The notes under the pieces: model-generated
The model's input: the letters and a program-made list of their open reading frames with translations, nothing else
What the model was told of the DNA's origin: nothing
Databases searched by the model: none
Source: Pecten maximus
Lineage: Eukaryota
Direction of reading: 5' to 3'
NCBI RefSeq assembly: GCF_902652985.1
Contig: NC_047022.1
Coordinates: 29,140,001-29,204,000 of the forward strand
DNA: 64,000 nucleotides
Position numbers and translations under genes: made by a program
Part shown: positions 1-13,480 of the stretch, piece by piece
Layout: every line of letters begins with the position of its first letter
Position numbering within the stretch: the first letter of the stretch is position 1

Positions 1-1978
1 CAATGTCATCTCACTAAGACTGCTTATATTTTCTGTCAGATAATCCAAACGGATAACAATATTTAGTTGAGTTTAAACAATATTTAATTAATTACTCAAA
101 CTACTTAATACATATACAAATGTTTTATGGGATGGGAAAACAAGCTTTTAGAGCTTATATCAATTCCTTTTTCATATTTGTTAAGCAATGCTTGTGTACA
201 GGCATAGAACTTATATAAAGTGTTGTAAATGCCTGTTAGGATGAATATGGTCAATTCAATTCAAAATTAATTTTAGAAAATATTTGTTAGTTATAGTTAA
301 TTTTCAACATCAAAGGAACAATCAGAGTGCTATCTACAGAGGACTCAAAATATAATACTTATTGTTCATTTTCTTTAATGTCAAATGTCAAATCTGTGTT
401 CACATGGACTTGACACACTGTCAATGTCATGACTAAGACCCGTAAAGGGTCCGACTACCGAATCACTTAAAATTGATCTAGCCCCTGTGTATTTCCCTAG
501 GGTCCATCTCTCGATCACTTACATATGTATTATTGACAATAAAGCTCTTGTCACAAGGCTTGTACATGTACACATGAGTGTGACGTTCTATCTATAGGAG
601 ATTAAACAAATCCCGTTTACTAGTTTTTTTCATAGTATACGGGGTATTGTGTATGGATTGGATGAGAACATATTTGTTATTTATGATATGAATAAACAGG
701 TTTTAAGCATGCATTCATTACTTTGCTATAAAATATTCTTATAGATAGAACTTCATCCTTGTGTCCCGCTTGCACACGAGCTGTATCCGTCAAAACTGGT
801 AACACGAAAGCACCTGTCGACAGAAAAGGTTGCATCACTTACATTATCGATAATCTGATTGTGACAGTCCTTTCTTTGTTACAGCTACTAATGAGCCAGC
901 CAATTCTGACTCCGTCAGTCGGTGTACGTGTATATTTGTACTGTGTCGCAAACTACACGCAATCTTTTTGGAGGAATATGTTGTCAGCATGCAATATCCG
1001 TCAACAATCAGCGTACCGGTGACGCTTGAAACTAACGAAAGGGATCATTGAAAAATTTAATAATTTTATATTGCAATTTTATCGAAAACATAGTTTGAAA
1101 TTCAGCATAATATATTTCAAAGTTTATAAATTTCTAATTGTAGTTTCGGTTTTCTAAATCATGGTGTGGATATCTATGCCATCCGGAACTAATAATGATA
1201 TCCGTATAAGTTGTTAGATCTAGAAGCCTATTGTAAACTTCCGTTTATCGATTGTTTCAAGAAATTCGACCATAAAATGGTGACAAAGACCTCATATAAG
1301 ACCCATGAAAAAGAAAACAGTAAGTTTTGTAGTGCAAGTCCGTAAATGAAGCCAAGATATTTATTGGCCATTTACTTAGAGGTCTTTGCAGATTTTTATC
1401 AGAATCCTATCGATTTTTTTTCTCAAAATGTACCTCTGCAGTCTCTGACAGTAAAATGCATGGTTGGCCGAGACATGGATACATTACCTTATGTTAATTA
1501 TGTAACTGTAGTCCTGTTATAAGGTCTAAAAAGTAATTCGCGTGTTTCCACTAACATGTCAGAAAAAATAAGGATATGTAGGCGGGGAAATCTTTTTTTT
1601 TTTAAATAGATTTTACCGAGGTTATCTAGACCAGCAATTTCGACTCCCTTGAAAATGACGAAAACAAAATTGGCTAAAAAATATAGGGTTGGTGAGGTTG
1701 GAGGAAACACATGTATTTTTGTTTGGCCTAAACTAATGAATAGCTCTCTCTTTCAAAGTCTTCACTGCCGAAGGTATAATTGACCCTCGATGAGTCCCAA
1801 CAGTTGATGGGAAATAACAAACAACAAAAAACTAAACTAAAAAACAAAACAAACAATCAAACAAAACAAGAGGCCCATCAAGGACCTTATGGTCATCTTT
1901 CATCAGTCTGATTCAAATCATATGTTTGTGTTACAGGAAAATGGATTTCACAATCTTGATAAAGCATATACATGTAGC

Positions 1979-2085
1979 CTATAAAAACTCCTTCTTTCCC
2001 AGAAGAGTCTCAGACTGGAACCAGCTTCCAACTTCTGTAGCCTGTAGGAACTCCACTGAGTCCTTCAAACGTGCACCACTTTAAG
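1979..2085 (+). mobile_element. Short 3'-end fragment of a CR1/L2-group LINE ORF2
   Basis: Translates as KNSFFPRRVSDWNQLPTSVACRNSTESFKRAPL*, matching the SFFPRxxxxWNxLP...SFK terminal motif of CR1/L2-group LINEs. Confidence 0.65.
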
Positions 2086-2779
2086 CTACAGGCAAACTAG
2101 TAGTGCACTACGTCCAGTCAGGTGTGACCACAAATCCCCCTATACAAAGTAATGGATAGTTCCACTGGACACATGTACTTTAGATCCCTATAGTTGTTAC
2201 ATACATTTTGTATACAGACCTGTGTAAATTGACTGCCTTTTATCTGTCATCCTGACTTTACCAGGTATATTTAAAAGTTGATAAAATTTTATCTAATATT
2301 AACTCAAAATAAAATTGGCTACGGTTCTTATATGATATATTGCACAAGAGGAATTAAAACTCTATCAAAAGGATTTGTAGTGGGTTTTTTAACATTAATT
2401 TTTTCTTAAAGATTTCATTATAGTTTAAAATTAAGGTTTATCTTCTTGATTTCAGAATTTTGATGCTTTCATTAATTTTTTTAGATGTGATTAATATACA
2501 TTTTATATTAATGATTAATTCTACCTTAGACCTTGATGACTGTTTGTAGATTTGTTTCTCAAGTACACTGTATATGTACATACAGTATATTTTAATATTT
2601 ATTATTTTATCAGACAAGATTATTTTTAAATTCAATGTATTGTTACTTCACTAATATCTGTTAATTCAACCATGAAATCATTTCATAGTAAAGAATCAAG
2701 AATAAGAAGTTTTGTATATTCTCATTTATGTTCTGTAAGAGACATATAATATTGATCTACACAACAATTATATACCTGT

Positions 2780-4163
2780 ATGTTTAAACTAAATGGTAAA
2801 TTATCCGCCATGTTCGATTTGCATGTCGGATTATTGCAAGGAGAATCTTTATCCCCAATGCTCTGTTCTCTTTTTGTAAACGATATGGAAAGTCATTTTA
2901 TAAATTCTAATTGTCAAAGTTACTCATTACAGCTGATTAACCTCTTTATGTTAATGTACGCAGACGATACAGTCTTGTTTTCAGAGGACGTTACCGACCT
3001 CCAAAATATGCTTGATAGTTTACAGACTTATACTCTTAAATGGAACTTAAAAATAAACACAGATAAAACAAAAATTGTTGTTTTTAGGAAAAGAAAAAGA
3101 ATGCTACCCTCTGAAAACTGGACTTTTAATGGAAACCCTATAGAAATTGTCGATAAATTTTGTTACCTTGGCCTGATTTTTAACTTTAACGGTAGATTCA
3201 CTGCAGCATTAGATACTTTGGCTTGCCAAGGAAGAAAAGCATATTATCATTTAAAAAGAAAAATGAAAGTGTTCACCCTTAATATTGAAACGAAAATGTC
3301 TTTATTTGACACTTATGTTGCATGTGTTTTGAATTACGGATGTGAAGTATGGGGACAAGCTGTTTCACCACAAATTGAAAAAATTCATCTTCTTTTTCTC
3401 AAAGAATTACTTAATGTTAAGAAATCGGTAAATTCTTCTATGGTCTTCTTCGAATCTGGTAGATATTCATTGTATGTACAACGTAAAATAGCAGTAATGA
3501 AATATTGGCTGAAATTACTAAAAACCAATAATTGTGTTTTAAAATCATGTTATGACGCACTTGTCGAATTGAATAATAAAAAACCTAATTGTAAAAGTAA
3601 TTGGGTTTATCATATTAAAAATGAGCTTTGTAGTTTAGGTTTTGGTTATATTTGGAACAGCCAATACGTTTTAAATGAAAGTCATTTTATGCAAGTATAT
3701 GTCCAGCGTGTTCATGATGTATTTATTCAAGAATTACGCAGTGCGTTTGATATATCGTCGAAATGTTATTTATACAAACATATTGTGGATACCTTCAATA
3801 CTCAATTTTATCTTATTAAGCCAATTAATTATAAATTTAAAAAGTTATTGAGTCAATTCCGTATGCAAGGACACAGTCTAAATATTGAATCTGGGCGCTA
3901 CAATAAAATACCTAGAAGTCAAAGAGTTTGCACAGTTTGTGACAAAAATGATGTACGTCGAGGACGAAGTACATTTTGTGCTTCTTTGTCCTGCATATTC
4001 TGAACTAAGAAAAACATACATCAAAAAGTATTATTATTCTCGTCCAAGTGCTTATAAACTGATAGAATTATTTTCCAGTAAAAGTGTTAAAACTTTGAAT
4101 AGATTGGGTAAATTTTTGTTACATGCCACTGCAGAAAGAAAAACTCTCCTTGTAAGTAATTAA
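2780..4163 (+). pseudogene. LINE reverse transcriptase ORF2 remnant, frameshifted near 3953
   Basis: ORFs 2780-4003 and 3885-4163 join if the 4-bp insertion in GAT[GTAC]GTCGAGGAC is removed, giving KNDVEDEVHF. Endonuclease domain absent. Confidence 0.85.
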
Positions 4164-4503
4164 ATTAAATGCATTTTGGAAATTATGATCACAGTTTTCA
4201 TATATAGTGTTCTTGTATATATTTAGAAAGTATGTTATTTATATTGAATAGTATATGTTTAAATTATGTCGTCATACTGTCATGACGTCATAGGCATGCA
4301 ATACGTAAACGCTGTAATTGTTATGCATCAGTTACAAGTTTTCAAAATCATTATGTTATTCATTATTATGTGTCGTAAGTATATTGCCTGTGTTGGGCCC
4401 TCCGCCATCTTGTCATTCAAGTTGCAATATGTATACATATTATATGAATATTGTGTTATCCTATATGCTGTGTTGCATTTGGAATAAATAAATTGAATTG
4501 AAT
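2780..4503 (+). mobile_element. 5'-truncated L2/CR1-group non-LTR retrotransposon (RT and C-terminus, 3' UTR, AATAAA plus (ATTGA)n tail)
   Basis: RT motifs GLLQGESLSP and YADD. C-terminal IESGRY...RVCTVC...EDEVHFVLLCPAY. Ends AATAAATAAATTGAATTGAAT at about 4483-4503. Confidence 0.9.
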
Positions 4504-6808
4504 GTATAATTGGTACTCTCAGGACATGCCTGTTGTCCTGGCCACCTGGGCCCCAGGGCCCAAACCTCACCCCACCACCACCTTATGGACCTCCATAACA
4601 CCTTACCTATACTGTAAATTTGTGCCTGTTTTAACACCTGGCTATAGGTTTTGTCAAGTCCCCAATTACGCCCCCCCCCCCCCCCCCAAGGGTTCCATTT
4701 ATAACATGATGTGCCAGGCTCCTCTGCCTTACCTACCTGTAATTAACACTACCCATATATAATATCTACCTGTGGATGTTTTTCAAAATATTAAAGTTTT
4801 TTTTGTGAATCATCAAAAAATAATTAATTTCTATATACATTTTTCTTCACAATAAAGATATTCAATAAAGATATAGTTTATATGCTGATTTTCTTAAATT
4901 ACAAGAATAGGTAAAATCCCCATCAGTTATCTTTTTCAGGTAAAGAACAATTAATCATTTTCTTAATGCAATAGGGAAACACTTAAGTTCTGATCAAAAT
5001 GTATCCCAAAATTTTGTTTTTAAACAATATTGCAAAAAACATGTTAGCCTGCAATCATGCAGAGCTGTAAAAAATAAATTTTGGCTTAAGGTCCACATGA
5101 TGTACATGTGTATATAATATATTTGTTAGCAGCTGGTAACTTTTTAGAAGAAAATTATGAAATCAAAAATACAAGTGTTGTATAATTCAAGTGTTGTATG
5201 ACAAGTAAGCTCCAGATACATGAACATGTATGTGTGTTTGTTATATAAGCTTAAAATTAACTGTTGCCCTCCCCCGCCCCAAGTTTGCCAGTATATGTAT
5301 TTCATGACAAAAATGACATTAATTGTTCCCTCAGGCCATTATCTCATTCTGTGTTACCTGTAACTGATACAATTCATGTACCTGAAATAAGATCTAATAT
5401 GTTTAGATCTTCAAAGTATTAATTTAGATACCTGCACACAGGTACATGTACAGAAATTTCAATTATTTCAGTAAAGGATGATGGAAGGTGTATTACAAGT
5501 AACATATACCTTTTATAAACTTAAAATTTTGAAATGTAGAACTGTTAAGATCACTTAATTACCATAACATTCAAAGAATTTCTTTCTTTATGTGTTAAAT
5601 CAATGTTTAATTAATTTCTTTATGTATTCAATTTTCTGCCAGGCTTTAAGCATTGGATGTATACACAAAGAATGTACAACATATATTATTGGCTGAATTA
5701 GGTTTTAATAAGCATAATACTAAACGTATCACATCACAAATGAAATTAAGAATATGCTGCTTATAATTTAATATGAAATTAAACTACAATATAAATTAAA
5801 TGTATCAAATAGAAAATGTTCAAGTAACGATAATTGTTTCAAATGTTTTATTATATACTTTCATGTGATGAAAACAAAATTACTGGAATTAAACATGTGA
5901 AATATATAACTGATCAATCAATACAAAATATAAAGTACCAAAAGATAAATGAAACTTGGCTTGAACAATTTAACTTAATAGTTAAAGGATTTATAAAGTA
6001 AATCTGTCTTGATTTAGTTACAGCAGAGACATATATATGTCTCTGGTTACAGCTAGTGTATAATTAACAAGAATAGAAAGGTTGAAATATAACATCAAAC
6101 TAAACTTCCAAAACCTTTTTAATAACTATTTGAATATAACTGCTAGATAACCTTATATATACAGTACAGTTAAAAATCACAGGTAGCCTTGGGTAGTGCC
6201 CATTACGTCCTGTATGGGGGTTTTGAGCATGAATGAGCATCTTGGATTGCCATTAATACATGTACATTTTTGTACATGTATGTAACTAGAATTTTAGGTT
6301 GTTTGTGAGTATGTGGCTTTAAGCCCCTGGGGATGGACCTGTCCTGATAATCTTATCTAAGTTTGAATAATTTCCAACTGAATATAAACAAAATATAGAC
6401 AAAAGTATCATTTTCCTATATATAGGCTATATAGCTACAGTATTGAGATTAACCCTCTCACCAAGGGGATTTTGGTATAATATGCACCTTCTTTCTCTGA
6501 AGATCATTTGTTTCTATCATATCTGGAACTTGAGAAGAAGATTTATGAAATTTATGTCAATGTAACCCTTTTCAGCCCATAATACAGTCCCTGTGGGTCA
6601 TTGAAGGCTGTGCATACCATGCATCAAACTGTCATAGAATTTATTCTATCCAAGTTTAAATTATTTCTAGTGGAAATTAAACAAATTATGCTCAAAAATG
6701 AAATATCCCTAAATAATCTAGAGTAAAGTTTACCCCCTCCCCATGAGGGTCAAACACTGTCACCATTGATTACTGAATATGTGACCATGCAATGGATCTA
6801 TAGACCAG

Positions 6809-8186
6809 GGGCCGGTTGTTTGAACATTCATTAAAAGATAATGATGAATTAAACCTTCATTAAACCTTTATTAAATGTCATGACGTCATTGGCAAAATTA
6901 TGACATTGCACAAACGTTCATTAATGCTATAATCAATGATTAGCGGCTCATTAAAGCTTAATTAAATCACAGATATTATTTAAAGATGGTTGGGGGCATC
7001 ATTAAACCATCATTAGGCCTACTGAAAATGGCGATGAATATGATAATGTTTGATGTACTTGGAAGACAGCACAGTCAGCTATCCTATCAAGACTTTTCCC
7101 TGTCAGATGATTATACATGTACCTAAAAACAAGTCCGAGAAATTCTTCTAAGCTATATATAGATTTATCATTTTTAACAATGGCATAAACAAATTGTACC
7201 CCCTTCTTAAACCAAGCTTTATTATATATAACTTTCCTATCAATCATTATTTCACTATTAGACCATATTGGATTATTACTTGCAATGATATACCTCTTTC
7301 CAAATTTTATATATATTTTTTTTTTGTATCCATATTATCCATACTAATTTCCTAAAGTACCAAAGTCTGAAGAATGCTGTAAATCAATATATTAAAAAAA
7401 ATCAATGAATATTCAATTCAGAAAAAAGCGTTATATTACCTAACATACCTATAAATCTTAAATTAATACTAAGAAACAATAAAGGAGCTCATGATCAAGA
7501 AATATATAAGATATTAAGTAGAAATGAACTCAGACCTACTGCTGAACGAAAATTGAACCAATTATTCAACATAAATGAAGAAACATGGAAAAAAAATATA
7601 TGTACTATCTCCCTTCGATTCCCCGATTTGACATAAAAAGGTAAATAGGGCTACCTGCCCTTCCCGACTACGTACTTTCCCCCATATAATCTGGTCTCCT
7701 CCCACATAAAGACACCTCCGTGATTCCATCCGGGCCAACAAGAGGGGTTAATATAAATGTTATAACCTGTCTAACCTATTTTTCCTACATTTGTATGTCT
7801 ATTAAAGCTTGTATCATTAAAACATTACAGGAACATGTTATTATTGATTTACAGGAATATTCACGAACATGGTCGCAAGATGTCTGTATCAATTTTTTCC
7901 CTCTTGTCATCTTTGCCATCTTGGATGTTTACTTGTCTCCAGGATGTTTACGCGGGTTGCATTATGGGAAGAGGAATCACCATTTAATGATGGTTTAATT
8001 GTTGATCCCTCATTAAGTCTTCATTAAACCTTAAATTAATTTGTTAATGAACCCTTAAATGACCTTTCCAACAACACATTCTTAATGATTCATTAACTAA
8101 TCTTTTATTAGATATTTAATGAATCATTAAGGCTTAATGATACTTTAATGCTGGTTTGATTTAATGAACTTTCGAACAACCGGCCC
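6809..8186. mobile_element. Non-autonomous PIF/Harbinger-type TIR element with CAG target-site duplication
   Basis: Left end CAG|GGGCCGGTTGTTTGAACATTCATTAA, right end TTAATGAACTTTCGAACAACCGGCCC|CAG. Subterminal TTAATG/CATTAA-rich repeats. Inner inverted pair ATTAAACCATCATTA (~7001) / TAATGATGGTTTAAT (~7985). Confidence 0.85.
7130..7620. mobile_element. Two Tx1/L1 ORF2 C-terminal fragments in opposite orientation nested in the Harbinger element
   Basis: Minus strand IDRKVIYNKAWFKKGVQFVYAIVKNDKSIYSLEEF. Plus strand LPNIPINLKLILRNNKGAHDQEIYKILSRNELRPTAERKLNQLFNINEETWKK. Confidence 0.7.
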
Positions 8187-8688
8187 CAGGATCTGAACAG
8201 AACTCCGGACTCCAGTAGGCTGCTATAGCTTACTTAACCTTGACTGTTGATTGACCCAATTTTCTATTTGATTATTAGTAGTAAAAAGTGCTTATCTATA
8301 ATAGTGGCTTTAGTCCTATTCCTGTAGTGTGCTTTTTGCATAGCAAGCCTGCAGTTAAAGATCAGATTTACTGTACATTTATAGCGTCTGTCGTCCGGCG
8401 TCCGTCAGCATTTCCTTTAAATCCCTAGCTACTTGTCCTGAACGCCTGAATGGATTTTGATGAAATTTGGTCTGGAGCGTTATTGGGCAAAGGGGATCAA
8501 ACATTGTATAAATGGAGGGTGTGCCTCACCTGGGGCAGGTGGGACGGGGCCCAATAGGGGAAATTGAGTTAGGTCCTTTAAATCCCTACTAGTCCTGATC
8601 GCTTGAATGGATTTTGATGAAATTTAGTCTGGAGCATTATTGGGCAAAGGGGATCAAACGTTGTATAAATGGAGGATGTGGCTCCCTA

Positions 8689-11600
8689 GGTAGCACACCA
8701 CAGTAAGACAGCCTGGCCATGGGCAATTTTTTTGTTAAGCAAATAACTCCTGTATTATGATATGTATAAAAAATGAAAAAATAAATGTACACTATAATTG
8801 GTATATCCAGTATGAAGTAGTACATACAGGCTTCACATTTATTAAAACAAAAATCAATAAATTGGTTCCGGATTTTAAATATCCGGATTTTCCGAACGTG
8901 TGTTTACACAGGAAATTTAGTTTCGCCTACAGCGCAAAATGGAAGCCCACAGAAAAGGTAAGATAGCGGAAAAACTTAATTTACAACATATGTCCAAACA
9001 AGATTAATTCTGTCTTTGGGATAGAGATATTTAATTTTAAATAGGTTTCAGAAAAAAAATTGTGTAGAGAATTGTGCCATTTTGGGTCAAATATCATAAT
9101 ATTTTGCAATTTTTGAGAATTTTTTAAGCTGTTACCATGGTATTCACAGCTCTAAAAATCACAGAAAATATCAGTTTACTTATCCTTCAGAGCTCTATTA
9201 AAATTGCAAATGTTGTACAGATTTCAAATATATATACTTTATTAGAGGTTATATGTAAGGTTAACTGGCAATGTTTACATATCTAAAGCATGTGCCATAT
9301 TTTTCAGAATTTGGCATTTTTACTGTACACTGCTACCTTATAAGGGCTGAAAAATGTTATTTTTTGGAAATTGTGCTTAATTATGCTTGATTAAGCTTCA
9401 TTTTAGTTCATTATTGCTCAAAAATGCATAAAAACAATTTAAAACTTGTTTATTATCAGGCTTGTCATATTAGAGGAATCAAGGGAGGTAACTCGCATAT
9501 TTACCCATTTTAAGGGTGGGTTAATTAAGCATAATGTTAATGAGTCAGTGTAAATTGAAAAGATATTCTATGTTTTATAACAAACCCAAAATAACTTATT
9601 GGGTATCTAACAAACCATATAGACTGAATTCTGGTTTGTTTTACCTGATTTATTACCCCGTATCCATGGAAACTATTACAGTAAGTGTTATTTTTTGAAA
9701 TATTTGGTGAAACCATTATTTTCAATTTATTTATACATTGGTAAGCATGTAATTTCAATTGATGGAGTGTACGGTTGATACAATATTGTCAATTATTGTC
9801 ACTTCCTTCGGTAAAGCAGAAAAAATAGCATTTTCCGCATAAAATGGGATCAGCGGACACTTTCATATGATCATTGGTACATATCTGAATTACCGGGGTG
9901 GAAACAGATGACTGTGATGTCATAGGCATGACATTTTGAAATCTTGGATGTCATGTCATGATTTATCAGTTAGAATATTGCATGTGTTGCTAAGCTGAGG
10001 TTTGGAAAGGAATTTGGTTATTTATTATGACACCATTGAGTATTTATGACGTCATAGATACCATCTGATGACGTCATAGTTACTGATGACGTCATGGTAA
10101 CTATGACGTCATGTTACAAGGCTAAATTTGATAGTTGTATAGTATTTTTTGCTTGATTACATGCACAGAGACTCAAAGTAACACATTCAACTCAAAACAC
10201 AACTTTATTCAAGAGATATACAGAATTATGGGAGTTTTCATCTTTAAAATTACCTCCCCTTATTACTGGATTGAGAGAAAAAGTTGTCAAAATACACCTC
10301 TCAGGGAAATCAGCAATACTCGGTGACTATTAAAGATACACAGTAACCCGATATGTCATTTTGTTCGTCGGAACATATTCTAGACATTCATGGGGTTTTT
10401 AGTAAAATTAGAATTAACAAAAGTGATGTATAAGGTAGCACACCACAGTAAGACAGCCTGGCCATGGGCAATTTTTTTGTTAAGCAAATAACTCCTGTAT
10501 TATGATATGTATAAAAAATGAAAAAATAAATGTACACTATAATTGGTATATCCAGTATGAAGTAGTACAAACAGGCTTCACATTTATTAAAACAAAAATC
10601 AATAAATTGGTTCCGGATTTTAAATATCCGGATTTTCCGAACGTGTGTTTACACAGGAAATTTAGTTTCGCCTACAGCGCAAAATGGAAGCCCACAGAAA
10701 AGGTAAGATAGCGGAAAAACTTAATTTACAACATATGTCCAAACAAGATTAATTCTGTCTTTGGGATAGAGATATTTAATTTTAAATAGGTTTCAGAAAA
10801 AAAATTGTGTAGAGAATTGTGCCATTTTGGGTCAAATATCATAATATTTTGCAATTTTTGAGAATTTTTTAAGCTGTTACCATGGTATTCACAGCTCTAA
10901 AAATCACAGAAAATATCAGTTTACTTATCCTTCAGAGCTCTATTAAAATTGCAAATGTTGTACAGATTTCAAATATATATACTTTATTAGAGGTTATATG
11001 TAAGGTTAACTGGCAATGTTTACATATCTAAAGCATGTGCCATATTTTTCAGAATTTGGCATTTTTACTGTACACTGCTACCTTATAAGGGCTGAAAAAT
11101 GTTATTTTTTGGAAATTGTGCTTAATTATGCTTGATTAAGCTTCATTTTAGTTCATTATTGCTCAAAAATGCATAAAAACAATTTAAAACTTGTTTATTA
11201 TCAGGCTTGTCATATTAGAGGAATCAAGGGAGGTAACTCGCATATTTACCCATTTTAAGGGTGGGTTAATTAAGCATAATGTTAATGAGTCAGTGTAAAT
11301 TGAAAAGATATTCTATGTTTTATAACAAACCCAAAATAACTTATTGGGTATCTAACAAACCATATAGACTGAATTCTGGTTTGTTTTACCTGATTTATTA
11401 CCCCGTATCCATGGAAACTATTACAGTAAGTGTTATTTTTTGAAATATTTGGTGAAACCATTATTTTCAATTTATTTATACATTGGTAAGCATGTAATTT
11501 CAATTGATGGAGTGTACGGTTGATACAATATTGTCAATTATTGTCACTTCCTTCGGTAAAGCAGAAAAAATAGCATTTTCCGCATAAAATGGGATCAGCG

Positions 11601-12827
11601 GACACTTTCATATGATCATTGGTACATATCTGAATTACCGGGGTGGAAACAGATGACTGTGATGTCATAGGCATGACATTTTGAAATCTTGGATGTCATG
11701 TCATGATTTATCAGTTAGAATATTGCATGTGTTGCTAAGCTGAGGTTTGGAAAGGAATTTGGTTATTTATTATGACACCATTGAGTATTTATGACGTCAT
11801 AGATACCATCTGATGACGTCATAGTTACTGATGACGTCATGGTAACTATGACGTCATGTTACAAGGCTAAATTTGATAGTTGTATAGTATTTTTTGCTTG
11901 ATTACATGCACAGAGACTCAAAGTAACACATTCAACTCAAAACACAACTTTATTCAAGAGATATACAGAATTATGGGAGTTTTCATCTTTAAAATTACCT
12001 CCCCTTATTACTGGATTGAGAGAAAAAGTTGTCAAAATACACCTCTCAGGGAAATCAGCAATACTCGGTGACTATTAAAGATACACAGTAACCCGATATG
12101 TCATTTTGTTCGTCGGAACATATTCTAGACATTCATGGGGTTTTTAGTAAAATTAGAATTAACAAAAGTGATGTATAAGGTAGCACACCACAGTAAGACA
12201 GCCTGGCCATGGGCAATTTTTTTGTTAAGCAAATAACTCCTGTATTATGATATGTATAAAAAATGAAAAAATAAATGTACACTATAATTGGTATATCCAG
12301 TATGAAGTAGTACATACAGGCTTCACATTTATTAAAACAAAAATCAATAAATTGGTTCCGGATTTTAAATATCCGGATTTTCCGAACGTGTGTTTACACA
12401 GGAAATTTAGTTTCGCCTACAGCGCAAAATGGAAGCCCACAGAAAAGGTAAGATAGCGGAAAAACTTAATTTACAACATATGTCCAAACAAGATTAATTC
12501 TGTCTTTGGGATAGAGATATTTAATTTTAAATAGGTTTCAGAAAAAAAATTGTGTAGAGAATTGTGCCATTTTGGGTCAAATATCATAATATTTTGCAAT
12601 TTTTGAGAATTTTTTAAGCTGTTACCATGGTATTCACAGCTCTAAAAATCACAGAAAATATCAGTTTACTTATCCTTCAGAGCTCTATTAAAATTGCAAA
12701 TGTTGTACAGATTTCAAATATATATACTTTATTAGAGGTTATATGTAAGGTTAACTGGCAATGTTTACATATCTAAAGCATGTGCCATATTTTTCAGAAT
12801 TTGGCATTTTTACTGTACACTGCTACC
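8689..12827. mobile_element. Composite DNA-transposon-like insertion A-B-A-B-A (A=649 bp with TIRs, B=1096 bp), non-coding, KolobokP-like architecture
   Basis: A copies at 8689-9337, 10434-11082 and 12179-12827, each GGTAGCACACCACAGTAA...TTACTGTACACTGCTACC. B copies at 9338-10433 and 11083-12178. Period 1745 bp. Outer flanks GCTCC-CTA|...|CTA-GGGCCGG restore the host repeat unit. Confidence 0.9.
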
Positions 12828-13020
12828 CTAGGGCCGGAGGGACGGGGCCCAGTAGGGGAAATCTAGGTTAGTCCTTAAAATCTAGTTGTGCTGAACGCTT
12901 GAATGGATTTTGATGAAATTTAGTTTGGAGCATTATTGGGCATAGAGGATCAAATATTTTTTAAACGGAGGGTGTGGCTCCCCCGGGGCCGGAGGGGTGG
13001 GGCCCAGTAGGGGAAATTTA

Positions 13021-13480
13021 ACCCCTTTAGATCCCCACCCCATAACCATATATAGCATTGCTGGACATCAAGAGATAAACACAATCCTGTTATAGATATA
13101 GGCCCTGGTGTCTTTCCTCACCCCTAGGGACTTAATTTCTTTGATATATCTTTGAAACCATTGAGATCCCCACCCTACAACCATATATAGCATTGTTGGG
13201 CATAAAGAGATAAACACAATCATGATGTAAAAATTGGCCCTTGGGTCTTTCCCCACCCTAAGGGACTTAGCTTCTTTGATATATCTTTGAAACCATTGAT
13301 ATCCCCACCCTACAACCATGTATAGCATTGTTGGGCATAAAGCAGATAAACACAACCATGATGTAAAAATAGCCCCTTGGGTCTTTCCCCACCCCTAGTA
13401 TCTTAGTTTCGTGGTAATATTTTTTGAAATCGTTGAGATCCCAACCCTATAACCATATATAATATTGTTTGATATAAATA
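13021..13480. repeat. ~120-bp tandem repeat, about 4 copies, inside the Helentron-like element
   Basis: Recurring GATCCCCACCCTACAACCATATATAGCATTGTTGGGCATAAA...GGTCTTTCCCCACCC. Confidence 0.85.

Noticed and set aside
8637-12456. Repeated 60-73-aa ORFs in the 1745-bp repeat as a multicopy gene cluster
   Set aside because: They are short AT-rich frames with no motifs, and are repeated only because the DNA is repeated.
8689-12827. Tandem TRIM/LTR retrotransposon
   Set aside because: Ends are GG...CC with TIRs rather than TG...CA, and I found no PBS or PPT next to the repeats.
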